A DNA stretch of 61,298 nt, counting the filler, from Sphacelaria rigidula (Eukaryota), in the NCBI GenBank assembly GCA_964200075.2. It is 10 parts of 10 records of this genome, joined end to end, with 100 filler letters (N's around TTAATTAATTAA, not from the genome) between each part and the next. Parts side by side here need not be neighbours in the genome. Positions count along the whole stretch, not along the records: positions 55,260 to 61,298 come from CAXNAA020022637.1; 9 more parts are not named here. The stretch is one strand, 5' to 3'. The notes beneath the pieces are model-generated. The model made no database searches, was not told the origin of the DNA, and was given only the letters and a program-made list of their open reading frames with translations. Shown piece by piece: positions 61,259 through 61,298 of the stretch (positions within the stretch are counted from its first letter, which is position 1; each line of letters starts with the position of its first letter). A program made the translations under genes and the position numbers.

Positions 61259-61298
61259 TTCCGTCTCGAAAGGGATGCGTGGTCAATGGTCAAACGAC
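61259..61298 (+). mobile_element. Short LINE 3'-region copy starting immediately after C13, cut by the window end
   Basis: C13 (61246-61258) then TTCCGTCTCGAAAGGGATGCGTGGTCAATGGTCAAACGAC, matching 57458-57490. Confidence 0.85.

Overview
Eukaryotic, repeat-rich nuclear DNA. A brown alga (Phaeophyceae) is my best inference, from the stramenopile-type HSF sequence, the intron-rich gene structure and recalled repeat families; this is unverified. The window is not a contiguous locus. It is ten ~6.04-kb contigs (6041, 6041, 6040 x4, 6039 x4 bp, sorted by length) joined by artificial 100-nt spacers (N44-TTAATTAATTAA-N44), so no linkage or synteny can be inferred across spacers. Host coding sequence is sparse: the first exon of a heat-shock transcription factor (15390-15762 +), three phase-0 exons at the 3' end of a tandem GRF-zinc-finger gene (59685 to 55731, -), and a probable first exon of a secreted protein (31851-31411, -). 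Most other recognisable sequence is mobile DNA: a spliced, inactivated hAT transposase with a C-terminal PHD-like finger, many copies of one APE-RT LINE family, Ty3/Gypsy and Copia remnants, a tRNA-derived SINE, and many MITE/foldback elements including a three-level nest. The most unusual pattern is the LINE family. Its ORF stops about 4 nt before the element end, it has no poly(A) tail, and most copies abut C-homopolymers at the 3' end and often at the 5' junction too. This suggests a poly(C)-targeting or poly(C)-tailing retrotransposon. I found no rRNA, intact tRNA or CRISPR array. No database searches could be run, so all novelty claims are unverified.
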